Below are positions 19,837-29,464 of a DNA stretch of 64,000 nucleotides, piece by piece. Each line of letters opens with the position of its first letter. Position 1 is the first letter of the stretch. Location: assembly GCA_015055745.1 (NCBI GenBank), contig SVHS01000001.1, forward strand, positions 10,094-74,093, read 5' to 3'. The position numbers and the translations under genes are program-made. The DNA comes from Clostridiales bacterium (GTDB lineage: Bacteria > Bacillota > Clostridia > Christensenellales > UBA1242). The notes under the pieces were generated by a model, which saw only the letters and a program-made list of their open reading frames with translations, was not told the DNA's origin and did no database searches.

Positions 19837-20754
19837 ATGAAAAAAGTAGCATTAGTGATAGACAATTCTGGCAGTATGACACCAGAGGAAATGGAGCAAA
19901 TCAAAGTATTGAAGATGATACCTATCTCTTTTATTATTAATGGTGAAGAATATTTTGAAAATAAAAATATGACTTATACTGAATTTTATAACTATTTGAC
20001 TGATAAAAAGACAGATGTGAGCACTTGTCAGCCTAGTATAGAGGTGATAAAAGAAGCTTGGAGAGAGATTTTAAAAGAATACGATGAGATAGTATATATT
20101 ATCTTGTCTAGTGGTCTTAGCGAGTCATGCAATACATCTATCAATGCTAGTCATGAGGAAGAATTTGAGGATAGGGTGTTTGTCGTAAACAATCAGCGTG
20201 TAGCATTCATGAATAAGATGCCTATGTACGAGGCTAGGTATATGATAGACCATGGCAAATCAGGCTGTGAAATAAAAGAATATCTTGAGAAGACAAAAGG
20301 TGAATGTGGAGCATACATCGCAGTAGATACTTTAAAGTATCTCAAAAAAGGTGGTCGTGTGACTCCTGCTGCGGCAGCTATCGGTACATTGCTAAATATC
20401 AAGCCTATCCTACAAGTGCACGGTGGCAAGCTAGACGCTTTTGCTAAAGTGATGTCTATGAAGCAAGCTAAAAACAAGATGATACAAGCGACACGTAAAG
20501 AGATAGAGGAGCGTTTCCCAGAAGAGGCAAAGCAAGGAAAGGTATATATAGGTATGGCTCACAGTATGCAGGACCCAAATTCTCCAGAGCTAAAAGCTTT
20601 TGAGGCTGAGGTACGCGAGCAATTTAGTGATATGCCGTTCTTTACACATGATCCATTGCCATTATTTATCGTATGCCATACAGGTCCAGGAGCTATGGCT
20701 GTAGGATATTGTGTAGATAGAATGGGTGTCATCGCTGATATGATGAAAAAATAA
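19837..20754 (+). CDS. DegV family fatty-acid-binding protein (second copy)
   Basis: VALVIDNSGSMTPEE..., LSSGLSESCNT, VDTLKYLKKGGRVTPAAA. Divergent from the TetR gene. Confidence 0.9.
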   Translation: MKKVALVIDNSGSMTPEEMEQIKVLKMIPISFIINGEEYFENKNMTYTEFYNYLTDKKTDVSTCQPSIEVIKEAWREILKEYDEIVYIILSSGLSESCNTSINASHEEEFEDRVFVVNNQRVAFMNKMPMYEARYMIDHGKSGCEIKEYLEKTKGECGAYIAVDTLKYLKKGGRVTPAAAAIGTLLNIKPILQVHGGKLDAFAKVMSMKQAKNKMIQATRKEIEERFPEEAKQGKVYIGMAHSMQDPNSPELKAFEAEVREQFSDMPFFTHDPLPLFIVCHTGPGAMAVGYCVDRMGVIADMMKK

Positions 20755-20755
20755 T

Positions 20756-20784
20756 AAAAATCACCAGATTACTGGTGATTTTTA
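20756..20784. terminator. Bidirectional terminator
   Basis: ATCACCAG-ATTA-CTGGTGAT flanked by A and T runs. Confidence 0.8.
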
Positions 20785-21063
20785 TTACATTTCGTCCATT
20801 TTGTCGAATGCTTTTTGGAGCTGCATACCGATGCGGACACCTTTGCAGACCAATTGATTTGACGTACATAAGTACAAGTCATCTAACTTAAACATAATCT
20901 CCCAAGACAAGTGGTCTACGAGCTTTTTGTGCTCATCGTCTAGTAGCTCTTTGATAGCATTTTCGTCTTGCTCTATGATTTTTTTGTCTTCTTCACTCAA
21001 TTCATCATTTTTGATAGTCCTTAGTAGATAGTCAGTCAGAAAGCACCAGTCAAAATCTTCCAT
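20785..21063 (-). CDS. Hypothetical acidic 92-aa protein
   Basis: The ORF has an upstream GGAGGTG ribosome-binding site (plus strand: catattttcacctcc). No family was recognised with confidence. Confidence 0.5.
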   Translation of the reverse strand: MEDFDWCFLTDYLLRTIKNDELSEEDKKIIEQDENAIKELLDDEHKKLVDHLSWEIMFKLDDLYLCTSNQLVCKGVRIGMQLQKAFDKMDEM

Positions 21064-21209
21064 ATTTTCACCTCCTTATGAAAATGTTATCATATTAAAT
21101 AAAAAAAGACTTGAGTTCCGCCAAATGGTGGTTTTTTATTTTTACAGGTTATATGCTTGATAAAAATTTTTACAATTGATATAATTAATTTGAATTTACA
21201 GGGATAGAA

Positions 21210-21413
21210 ATGAAAATATTTGCAGAAAGACTACAGGAATTAAGGACAGATATGGGATTGACGCGAAATAAACTTTCAAAACTATTACACGTCGATGATA
21301 TGACAATTACAAGATGGGAACAAGAAGAAAGAATTCCAAATATAGAGCAAATATATAAAATTGCAGTATTTTTTGATGTGACTGTGGATTATTTAATAGG
21401 TATACAAAACTAA
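21210..21413 (+). CDS. XRE family helix-turn-helix transcriptional regulator (67 aa)
   Basis: FAERLQELRTDMGLTRNKLSKLLHVDDMTITRWEQEERIPNIEQIYKIAVFFDVTVDYLIG is a canonical Cro/C1-type HTH. A TTGATA-17-TATAAT promoter lies upstream. Confidence 0.9.
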   Translation: MKIFAERLQELRTDMGLTRNKLSKLLHVDDMTITRWEQEERIPNIEQIYKIAVFFDVTVDYLIGIQN

Positions 21414-21760
21414 TGGACAAGTACGAACTAATAATCAACAAATCAAGATTTATAGCACTAAGATATGAGCTGTCATCTCTAGATGAGGTGGCGGATATTT
21501 TGTCTGCGCTCAAGAAAGAGTACAAAAAAGCGACTCATATCTGCTATGCTTATGTCTACAATCGTGATCAAGTGAGTGAAAAATGTAGTGATGACGGAGA
21601 GCCTGGTGGTACTGCTGGCTATCCTATCCTCAATGTGATAAAGAAAAAGAATCTAACCAATACCATGGTGGTAGTAGTTAGATTCTTCGGAGGTATAAAG
21701 CTCGGAGCAGGAGGTCTTACTCGTGCTTACACCAAGGCTTGCGCTGGTGTACTAAACTAA
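21413..21760 (+). CDS. YigZ/IMPACT family protein, N-terminal (UPF0029) domain only
   Basis: INKSRFIA, ATHICYAY, SDDGEPGGTAGYPIL and VVVRFFGGIKLGAGGLTRAY are family signatures. At 115 aa the usual C-terminal DUF1949-type domain is absent. The ATG overlaps the XRE stop (TAATG). Confidence 0.8.
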   Translation: MDKYELIINKSRFIALRYELSSLDEVADILSALKKEYKKATHICYAYVYNRDQVSEKCSDDGEPGGTAGYPILNVIKKKNLTNTMVVVVRFFGGIKLGAGGLTRAYTKACAGVLN

Positions 21761-23112
21761 TCTATAGTGACCATATGGTTTGCTTGGATAATAGCGTAGC
21801 AGGTCTGACTCACGCCGTCTCTCTCTACTATGATAGTGAGAGTGTCTCCTATGCGCACGTTTAGTAGATAATCTCCAAACTCAAACCATCTATTGATAGT
21901 ATATTCTGTGCTGTTTATTTTTATAGATTTTATGATATCTCCCGCCTCTAATCCCATAAAGTGACCGAGTCCAGTAGATGTCTGTGAAACCGCTGAGATA
22001 GTGCAGTCATCTACGATACTTATTTCACCAGTAGTAGCGTCATATATTGACCTACTATTTTTTGTAGTGCAAGTGATATCTAGATAAACCTTTTTTACTT
22101 GAGAGGCACGATTATTTTGTTTGTAATAATATATAATATTATCCACCACTTTGACCACATTGTCATAAGGTAAAGCGTAGGCGATATTATCTATATCAGA
22201 TGCTACAGCCTTTGCGTTTACTATACCGATAAGCTCGCCTTCGTCGTTGAATAATCCGCCACCAGAGTTTCCGCTATTGATAGCTGTATCTATTCTCATT
22301 ACTCTAAAGTTTAATACTTGAGTGTCGTCGGCGCTATATATTGGTACGATCTCACTTTCTACCGATATGATACCTTCTGTGACGCTGATATTTTCGCCAT
22401 TTGGATTACCTACAGCGATGGCAGCCTCAGCGACATCATAGTCGTCAGCCACAGTGACAGCCTGAGCTGTCTCATTGTATTTCTTGAGGTCAGATGTATT
22501 TACTCTCAATACAGCTAAGTCGTATTCCATAGAGCCGCCTACATAAGTCGCATCTACAGAGCCTTCTCCGTAATGATAATTATTATTTTCATAATACACG
22601 CCTTGTGTGCCGTATTGGTATACCGTTATTTCATTAGAGACATTGCTAATAGTATATTTAGAATACACTACATGATAATTTGTGACAATATAGCTAAATT
22701 GGTCTTCCATTTTGTAGATAACGCCAGCCCCACAGCCTTCATTTGTCCACACGCTCACAGCTGACTGTAGAGCCTTGCTACTAGCGTCTTTTACTGTGTC
22801 TGGATAATATTTTGTCTCGACATAATTCTGTATAAAATCATCAAAATTTATACCATTTTCTGTGAAATATTCTTTGAGTACCTCTATGGTGACATCTTCG
22901 CCGTCTTTGCCATCTTTGCCATTTTCTACAGTGATCAAAGATGTGGAGCCGTCAGAGTAAGAGACAGTGTAGGTGACCTGAGTGCCTTCTATCTCTGTCT
23001 TTTGTATATTTGTCACATATACTACCTTGGCACTACTGAGTGAGCATCCACCCATCACAAATGCTAAAGGTGCTAACAATATTAACAATAAAAAAGATTT
23101 AAATTTTTTCAT
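21757..23112 (-). CDS. Trypsin-like serine protease (HtrA/S1C-like) lipoprotein with C-terminal PDZ-like region
   Basis: Lipobox FVMGGC|S. Catalytic triad context: TNYHVV (His), YDLAVLRV (Asp), NSGNSGGGLF (Ser). Confidence 0.85.
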   Translation of the reverse strand: MKKFKSFLLLILLAPLAFVMGGCSLSSAKVVYVTNIQKTEIEGTQVTYTVSYSDGSTSLITVENGKDGKDGEDVTIEVLKEYFTENGINFDDFIQNYVETKYYPDTVKDASSKALQSAVSVWTNEGCGAGVIYKMEDQFSYIVTNYHVVYSKYTISNVSNEITVYQYGTQGVYYENNNYHYGEGSVDATYVGGSMEYDLAVLRVNTSDLKKYNETAQAVTVADDYDVAEAAIAVGNPNGENISVTEGIISVESEIVPIYSADDTQVLNFRVMRIDTAINSGNSGGGLFNDEGELIGIVNAKAVASDIDNIAYALPYDNVVKVVDNIIYYYKQNNRASQVKKVYLDITCTTKNSRSIYDATTGEISIVDDCTISAVSQTSTGLGHFMGLEAGDIIKSIKINSTEYTINRWFEFGDYLLNVRIGDTLTIIVERDGVSQTCYAIIQANHMVTID

Positions 23113-23247
23113 ACCCCACCTTAGTATTTATTATGCTTAATATTATACAAATTATTTTTTGAATGCGCAACTAATTTTTGCTTTAAAATAATAAAAAGAA
23201 CATTGACATAAAAAATATAATTTGATACTATTGTGATGAGGGGATTT

Positions 23248-24492
23248 ATGGATACGATAAAGAAAAAGATCAATCATTTGATACAAAATTTTGATTTCAA
23301 AATGGAAGAATTGGGTGAAGTAGAGAAGATGTATAGAGGTCAGTTTTTTGACCCGAAAGACAAAGCATATGTGAGACTCTTGAAGCTTTCTCGTGAGCTT
23401 TGCACAGAGTTTTCTTCTCTCAATGGTCAGATAAACCAAGATACTACAAAAAAAGAAAGGAAAGCAATCCGCCGTAGAAGGCATCAAATCATCAACCTTC
23501 TATTCCCTATACATGGTATATTGTCAGGCGTGGGTGATCGTCTCAGTGTGGTGATAGGTACGGTAGACTTTTTGGGTTGCGGATATATGAATCGAGCAGT
23601 GCATTTTTCACCTTACACATTAGTGGAGTGTAAAAATTACACCATTTTCGCTACCAAGATAGATGTAGGAGATGAAGAAGTCGAGAGATTAGGAAACCTT
23701 ATCAAGTTAAATCGTGTCCGTATAGGTAAAAACACTTGGATATGTGCTGGAGTAAAGATAGCTGGCGGAGTGAGTATCGGAGACGGTACAGTCATCGGTG
23801 CGGGTGCTGAGGTAAAAGATTCCATACCGAGCAATGTATTGGCGGTGGGTAGACCGTGTAAGGTGGTGAAAAAAGTCACTCGTCAGCCTCTAGACAAATA
23901 TCATGAAGTAAATTTGGAGAAGAAACAAAAAATATTGGCTCACTTGGCGAGTCTTGGATTTACTCGTGGATTAAATGGCTACATAAAAATGCTAGAGGGG
24001 AAGAAGTTTAACTCTATCGATGTAGTATTGGGCAAGCTCTTCAATCTTTCTCATGAGTTATCCAATGAATACAACAATCCAAACACTTCCAAGGCTAGGA
24101 AAGAAGATATATTGGATATTCTCTTCCCGCATCATGGTGTTAATCTCAAGGTTGGCACAGACTTGTATGTAGATATGTTGGGTATGACGGAGATAGGAGA
24201 TAATGTCACTATCGGCAAGTCGGTATATATGTCTGGAGCGGTCACTATAGGTGACAATGTAAGTATAGGTGACAATGTATTGCTCTATGGTACAGGTCAT
24301 AGTATAGTAGCAAACGAGCGAAAAGTCGGATTTTCTGTCACCAAAGGGTTGTACGAATATTCTCAATCAAGCCCTATAGAGATAAAAGGAAATAAAAAGA
24401 TAGGAAAAAATTCTATCATTTCACCAAATAGCATAGTAGATGAGGATTTAAAAGAAAATTCATTATATGTGCGAAATAAAGTGATAAAATAG
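23248..24492 (+). CDS. Tandem (duplicated) maltose/galactoside O-acetyltransferase-like hexapeptide-repeat protein
   Basis: There are two consecutive Mac-N-like plus left-handed beta-helix modules. The first is EKMYRGQFFDPKDK...IGKNTWICAGVKIAGGVSIGDGTVIGAGAEVKDSIPSNVLAVGRPCKVVKKV. The second is MLEGKKFNS...IGDNVTIGKSVYMSGAVTIGDNVSIGDNVLLYGTGHSIV.... The likely start is the ATG at 23248 after GAGGGG (ORF track: GTG at 23233). Confidence 0.75.
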   Translation: MDTIKKKINHLIQNFDFKMEELGEVEKMYRGQFFDPKDKAYVRLLKLSRELCTEFSSLNGQINQDTTKKERKAIRRRRHQIINLLFPIHGILSGVGDRLSVVIGTVDFLGCGYMNRAVHFSPYTLVECKNYTIFATKIDVGDEEVERLGNLIKLNRVRIGKNTWICAGVKIAGGVSIGDGTVIGAGAEVKDSIPSNVLAVGRPCKVVKKVTRQPLDKYHEVNLEKKQKILAHLASLGFTRGLNGYIKMLEGKKFNSIDVVLGKLFNLSHELSNEYNNPNTSKARKEDILDILFPHHGVNLKVGTDLYVDMLGMTEIGDNVTIGKSVYMSGAVTIGDNVSIGDNVLLYGTGHSIVANERKVGFSVTKGLYEYSQSSPIEIKGNKKIGKNSIISPNSIVDEDLKENSLYVRNKVIK

Positions 24493-24516
24493 TCAAAAAT
24501 ACTATAAAAAATAATC

Positions 24517-24543
24517 AAACTCTACTCACAGTAGAGTTTTTTT
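24517..24543 (+). terminator. Rho-independent terminator
   Basis: AAACTCTAC-TCACA-GTAGAGTTT followed by a T run. Confidence 0.85.
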
Positions 24544-24678
24544 GTATCCTTTTCTAATGAAATTATATACAAGTGTTGATTTCTAATTTTGATAAATTGA
24601 TGTTTAGAGAACAAATTGCCATTTTCTCTTGAAAAACGAGTACAATATTTATACAATAATCTCAACCAAAGGAGGATT

Positions 24679-25473
24679 ATGGACAAAGAAGATCAGCGAG
24701 TTATCTATTTTAAAGATGAGCTCAATGATGAGTTTTGTGATAAGGTCGCCATAGAAAAGACTATAGACAAATCTTATGTCTATATCAAGAAAAATCCTTT
24801 TTGGCATATTGGTCGATTTATACTGTATAGATTGATCGCTACACCACTAGCTTGGCTCTATCTTAAAATCAAATTTCATCACAAGATAGAAAATAAGAAA
24901 GTGCTAAAGCAAGCCAAAAAATCAGGATATTATCTTTATGGTAATCATACGCAAGAGTTAGCCGATGCCCTTATTCCTTCTATGGTTTCTTACCCAAAAC
25001 AGTCGTTTGTTGTGGTCAATCCTAGCAATCTGGCAATAAAGGGTATAGGGAAAGTTGCTCCTATACTGGGAGCGCTTCCCCTACCTAGCGATATCGCTAG
25101 TACAAAAAATTTTTTGGAGGCATTAAAATACCACGGAGACAAGCGTCACTCTATAGTGATATATCCAGAGGCGCATATTTGGCCGTATTACACCAAGATA
25201 CGCCCATTTAGGTCGGCTTCATTTAGATATCCTATCAAAAATGACTTGCCTGTCTATTGCTTTACAAACACGTATCAGAAGAGACGTGGTAAGACTCCAA
25301 AGATAGTCACTTATGTAGATGGCCCATTTTATCCAAATAAGGATTTACCTTATAAAGATATGGAGCAAGACTTGAGAGATAGAGTGTATCATGCGATGTG
25401 TGAGAGGAGCAGACAAAGCACTGTCGAGGTAATCAAATATATACGAATGAATGATGACGACAACGGTGAATAA
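24679..25473 (+). CDS. Lysophospholipid acyltransferase (PlsC/LPLAT) family protein
   Basis: The start was moved to the ATG at 24679 behind AAGGAGG (ORF track: TTG at 24616). N-terminal TM segment, GNHTQELAD and IYPEAHIWPY acyltransferase-like motifs. Confidence 0.7.
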   Translation: MDKEDQRVIYFKDELNDEFCDKVAIEKTIDKSYVYIKKNPFWHIGRFILYRLIATPLAWLYLKIKFHHKIENKKVLKQAKKSGYYLYGNHTQELADALIPSMVSYPKQSFVVVNPSNLAIKGIGKVAPILGALPLPSDIASTKNFLEALKYHGDKRHSIVIYPEAHIWPYYTKIRPFRSASFRYPIKNDLPVYCFTNTYQKRRGKTPKIVTYVDGPFYPNKDLPYKDMEQDLRDRVYHAMCERSRQSTVEVIKYIRMNDDDNGE

Positions 25474-25496
25474 ATTAACTGATTAAGGAGATGAAA

Positions 25497-26348
25497 ATGA
25501 TTAATGTGTTGTTTTCGGGGAATGAGAAGGTGTTTGATGGTGTGCTGACTTGTATGCTATCAATATTCAAAAGAACTGACACGACCGAACCATTTAGATT
25601 TTATGTCTTTACCATGGATATCTCTAGGATAAAGCCTGAATACACAGCTATATCTGATGAAATGATAAATTTTTTGGATAAAGTGAGTAAAAAGTACAAT
25701 AAAGACAATCAAGTAATCAAAGTAGATGTCACAGATTTGTATGATAAGGAATTTGCTCATTGTCCAAATGAAGGCGCATACTGCTCACCATATACATTGC
25801 TTAGATTGTTTGCAGACTTGGTGGCAGACATACCAGAAAAATTATTATACTTAGATGTGGACATTATGTTCAATCGAGATATTAGATTGCTTTATGATAT
25901 TGATGTGAGTGATTACGAATATGCTGCAGCTAGAGACCATTATGGTAAGTTTTTCTTAAATCCAAATTATATCAACGCTGGTGTATTGCTTTTCAATATG
26001 ACAAAGATAAAAGAGACAGGTCTCTTAGAGAAAGCTAGACAGCTTATCAAGACTAAGAAACTGCTCTTCGCAGACCAAGATGCTGTATATCAGTCTACTA
26101 CTAAAAAGCTTATGCTCCCACAAAAATTTAATGATCAAAAATTTTTGAAGAAAGAGACTATTGTGAGACATTTTAGCAAGAGATTGTTTTGGACACCTTA
26201 TCCACATACAGATAATATCAAACAGTGGCATATAGATAAAATGCATAAAAGATTTAAATACCATCAGTTTGACGATATATTAAATGAATATTTAGATTTG
26301 AAGAAAGAATTTGAAAATGATAAAATAAAGGAGAATTATTATGAATAA
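25497..26348 (+). CDS. Glycosyltransferase family 8
   Basis: NVLFSGNEKVFDG..., YLDVDIMF (DxD), NAGVLLFN. An alternative ATG is at 25491. Confidence 0.8.
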   Translation: MINVLFSGNEKVFDGVLTCMLSIFKRTDTTEPFRFYVFTMDISRIKPEYTAISDEMINFLDKVSKKYNKDNQVIKVDVTDLYDKEFAHCPNEGAYCSPYTLLRLFADLVADIPEKLLYLDVDIMFNRDIRLLYDIDVSDYEYAAARDHYGKFFLNPNYINAGVLLFNMTKIKETGLLEKARQLIKTKKLLFADQDAVYQSTTKKLMLPQKFNDQKFLKKETIVRHFSKRLFWTPYPHTDNIKQWHIDKMHKRFKYHQFDDILNEYLDLKKEFENDKIKENYYE

Positions 26349-27303
26349 AACAAAAGAAATTCCAATTTTCTTTTCTTGTGATGACAATTATATCCCATAT
26401 CTAGCAGTGTCTCTGGAGTCTTTGGAGGCAAACGCCAATAAAGAGTATAGGTATTTGATAAAAGTTCTCCATACAAATACTATTAGTCCTAGCAATCAAG
26501 CAGTGATAAACAAAAAATATCACAAAGATTGTTTTGATATAGAGTTTGTAGATATTTCACAATATGTGGACGACATAGCTAGCAAGCTACATACGAGAGA
26601 CTATTATTCAAAGTGTACATATTATAGATTATTTATTCCTAATCTATATCCTCAGTATGACAAAGCTTTGTACCTAGATAGTGATATCACTATAGTCGGA
26701 GATATTTCAGAGCTTTATAATACTGATTTAGGTACTAATCTAGTAGGTGCTATACCAGATGAGAGTGTGCAAAATATCGAACCGTTCCAAATCTATGTAG
26801 AAAAAAGGATTCATTGCAATAGTTATACAGAGTATTTCAATGCAGGTATTTTGGTGATGAATTTAAAAGAATTGAGGACATTTGACTTTGAGACTAAGTT
26901 TATAAACATGATTTCTCAAGTCACTTTTAATGTGGCTCAAGACCAAGATTATCTAAATGCTATTTGTAGAAATAGAGTAAAGCTAATATCCACTGTTTGG
27001 AATAAAATGCCTATGCCAAATCCAAATGTGAAAGAAGAAGATATTAGATTGATGCACTTCAACCTAGATATGAAACCATGGCAAAGAGATGGTGTAATGT
27101 ATGAAACTAAATTTTGGGAGTATGCTCGTCTTACAGACTTTTATGAAGACATAGTAGAGTATAAGAAAAATTATCCACCTGCATGGCTAAAAGATAGAGA
27201 AAGAGAGACAATCGAGCTTATCGCACTTACTCAAAAACAATCAGAAGAGACAGAAGAAAATAAAAGAATATTAAATGTAATCAATAAGATTTGTAATAAT
27301 TAG
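26341..27303 (+). CDS. Glycosyltransferase family 8 (second copy)
   Basis: IPIFFSCDDNYIPYLAV, YLDSDITIVGD (DxD), FNAGILVMNL, HFNLDMKPW. Overlaps the previous gene by 8 nt. Confidence 0.85.
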   Translation: MNKTKEIPIFFSCDDNYIPYLAVSLESLEANANKEYRYLIKVLHTNTISPSNQAVINKKYHKDCFDIEFVDISQYVDDIASKLHTRDYYSKCTYYRLFIPNLYPQYDKALYLDSDITIVGDISELYNTDLGTNLVGAIPDESVQNIEPFQIYVEKRIHCNSYTEYFNAGILVMNLKELRTFDFETKFINMISQVTFNVAQDQDYLNAICRNRVKLISTVWNKMPMPNPNVKEEDIRLMHFNLDMKPWQRDGVMYETKFWEYARLTDFYEDIVEYKKNYPPAWLKDRERETIELIALTQKQSEETEENKRILNVINKICNN

Positions 27304-27311
27304 GAGATAAA

Positions 27312-28160
27312 ATGAGTGACCAAGTAGTAAAGAATCCAGAAAGAGTAGCGATATTGCAGAAGATCGAAGAACTGGAGAAAAAAGGTATCTTTGATCAAGA
27401 TGCGGAAAACGACCCAGAAGGCAGAGAATTGTTGCCAAATGAAGTGGATTATCTTTGCAAAAAGCTTTCTAGCAAAATAGCGAGAAAAATGGCGTATAGT
27501 CAGTCACATAAATTCGCAAAAAAAATGATGAAAGCAGGTCAGCTGGTAATCAAAGATATAAGAGGTATAGAGTATTTAAAAAATATGGCCACAGGTGCTA
27601 TGATTACGTGTAATCACTTTCATCCATTCGATAGCTTTGCTATAGAGATAGGTTTTGAGGCAGCAGGATTTAAGAAAAGGAAAATGCACAGGATTATAGA
27701 CGAGAAAAACTATACTAGCATGCAAGGGTTTTTCGGATTTTTGATGCGCAATTATTACACTTTACCACTCAGTAGAAACAAGCGTACTATGGTGAATATG
27801 ATGAAAGCTGTAGATACACTTTTGGCTAAAAGACATTTTGTATTGGTGTACCCAGAGCAGAGCTTGTGGTGGAATTATAGGAAACCAAAGCCACTCAAAG
27901 ACGGAGCATATAAGCTCGCTGTAAGAAATAATACACCAGTAGTGCCAGTATTTATCACTATGGAAGATACTGATGTGTTAGATGGAGATGGATATCCTGT
28001 ACAAGCATATACTATACATATCTGTAAACCTATATATCCTAAAGAAAATCTATCAAAGCAAGAAAATATTGCTTATATGCGTGATGAAAACTATCGCGTA
28101 TGGAAAGAAGTGTATGAAAATACATACGGTATACCTCTCACATATACAACAGTACAATAA
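27312..28160 (+). CDS. LPLAT/PlsC-like acyltransferase (second copy)
   Basis: HX4D motif (NHFHPFD) and VYPEQSLWW block. Confidence 0.7.
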   Translation: MSDQVVKNPERVAILQKIEELEKKGIFDQDAENDPEGRELLPNEVDYLCKKLSSKIARKMAYSQSHKFAKKMMKAGQLVIKDIRGIEYLKNMATGAMITCNHFHPFDSFAIEIGFEAAGFKKRKMHRIIDEKNYTSMQGFFGFLMRNYYTLPLSRNKRTMVNMMKAVDTLLAKRHFVLVYPEQSLWWNYRKPKPLKDGAYKLAVRNNTPVVPVFITMEDTDVLDGDGYPVQAYTIHICKPIYPKENLSKQENIAYMRDENYRVWKEVYENTYGIPLTYTTVQ

Positions 28161-28186
28161 AAAACTGAGCTTCATGCTCAATTTTT

Positions 28187-29464
28187 TTATCTAAATACTA
28201 TGTAAAATATCGTATCTTCTACAAACATAATGAGTCCGATGACGATGAGTGGTATAAGTAAAGCTTTGTTGAATTTTGTCTTAGTAGATTTTTTGTTGTT
28301 TTTGATGATCATCACTATCACGCCGACTAACAATGAGATACCTACTATACCTAGCTGATAAAGCATGGATATATATGCGTTGTGACTACTCATCTTATTT
28401 ACCACATTTGCACCCAAGCCATTGCCGAATATGAGTGTCTTTGGGTGAGTAAATATATAGCTGAGGTACTCTAACCATAGGTTTACACGACCTGTAGTGA
28501 TCATATTTAATACATCTTTAAAATCTCGACACTCTTGTAGTGAGCCCAAGAATCTTTCGAAAAACAGAGAGCTTACCTTTGGGAAAATTAGTATGATAAG
28601 CAAGCCACAGCTTATGACTATGCCTGTAATGATGAGTGTGCGTTTTGGATTTTTCTTTACTAACCAAATGAATATACATAAACATATAATAAATAAGGTA
28701 ATAATATAAGTCTTTGATAATGTGAGTAATCCAAGAACTGCCAAGACACCAAACAATATACTAAATTTTAACTTTTTTTCTTTTGTGATGATCATGCAGG
28801 CTAGTAGAGATAGTACGATTTCACATGCCATAGCAAATACATTTGTGTGGTCAAACAATGCTTGGAATCTTACGATATCTCCTGCGGTATTGATTCTAAA
28901 TATATTTTGTAGATGAGGTGAGATGTGATATGTAAGACTAAATGCTGATGCGATGATAAAGGCATAGCTGACCATACATATATTTAGCTCAGGTCTAAAT
29001 GTATTTGGTCTTAGCGAAAATATGATGATGGCTAGCAATATAAACAATATAAGGCATAGCTTGAGCCAAACATTATTATTGTATTCTCCGATAGGTAGTA
29101 GACAATATACTACAAATACTGCAAGACTGATGATTAATCGACGATTGAGCTGTTTTTTTTCTTTGACGAATATTATGATGCAAAGCTTTATGATATATAG
29201 CACTATAGCGACAAAGTAGAGTAAGGTGCTAAGATGAGGATTTAGCATGCAGAAAGGTATGCCGAATACTATATAAGAAAATCCGTTTTCTAGATTGTCG
29301 GACAAGACCATGACTGTGAGTACAGGGAAACTAATCCATATCATCTCACCCCAAAAGCAATTTATAAAAAATAAATATAAAAGAAAAACACAATTTATTA
29401 TCAATCGATCTTTGATATATTGTGTTTTAAAATCCTGCCAAAAATTTTTCTTATTGTTGTGCAT
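28187..29464 (-). CDS. O-antigen ligase/polymerase family (Wzy-like) membrane protein
   Basis: About 10 or more hydrophobic helices. Family-typical block GNGLGANVVNKMSSHNAYISMLYQLGIVG. Confidence 0.75.
   Translation of the reverse strand: MHNNKKNFWQDFKTQYIKDRLIINCVFLLYLFFINCFWGEMIWISFPVLTVMVLSDNLENGFSYIVFGIPFCMLNPHLSTLLYFVAIVLYIIKLCIIIFVKEKKQLNRRLIISLAVFVVYCLLPIGEYNNNVWLKLCLILFILLAIIIFSLRPNTFRPELNICMVSYAFIIASAFSLTYHISPHLQNIFRINTAGDIVRFQALFDHTNVFAMACEIVLSLLACMIITKEKKLKFSILFGVLAVLGLLTLSKTYIITLFIICLCIFIWLVKKNPKRTLIITGIVISCGLLIILIFPKVSSLFFERFLGSLQECRDFKDVLNMITTGRVNLWLEYLSYIFTHPKTLIFGNGLGANVVNKMSSHNAYISMLYQLGIVGISLLVGVIVMIIKNNKKSTKTKFNKALLIPLIVIGLIMFVEDTIFYIVFR

Noticed and set aside
27982-28194. 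Small overlapping ORFs at gene ends (27982..28194, 41754..41945, 49236..49469).
   Set aside because: They are out-of-frame overlaps with strongly supported genes and have no independent translation signals.
29153-29160. Homopolymer tracts in glycan genes (T8 in the Wzy-like gene at 29153-29160, A8 in wzx at 41055-41062) as phase-variation switches.
   Set aside because: Runs of 8 A/T are expected by chance at this base composition and are shorter than most characterised slippage tracts. There is no evidence of variation from a single sequence.
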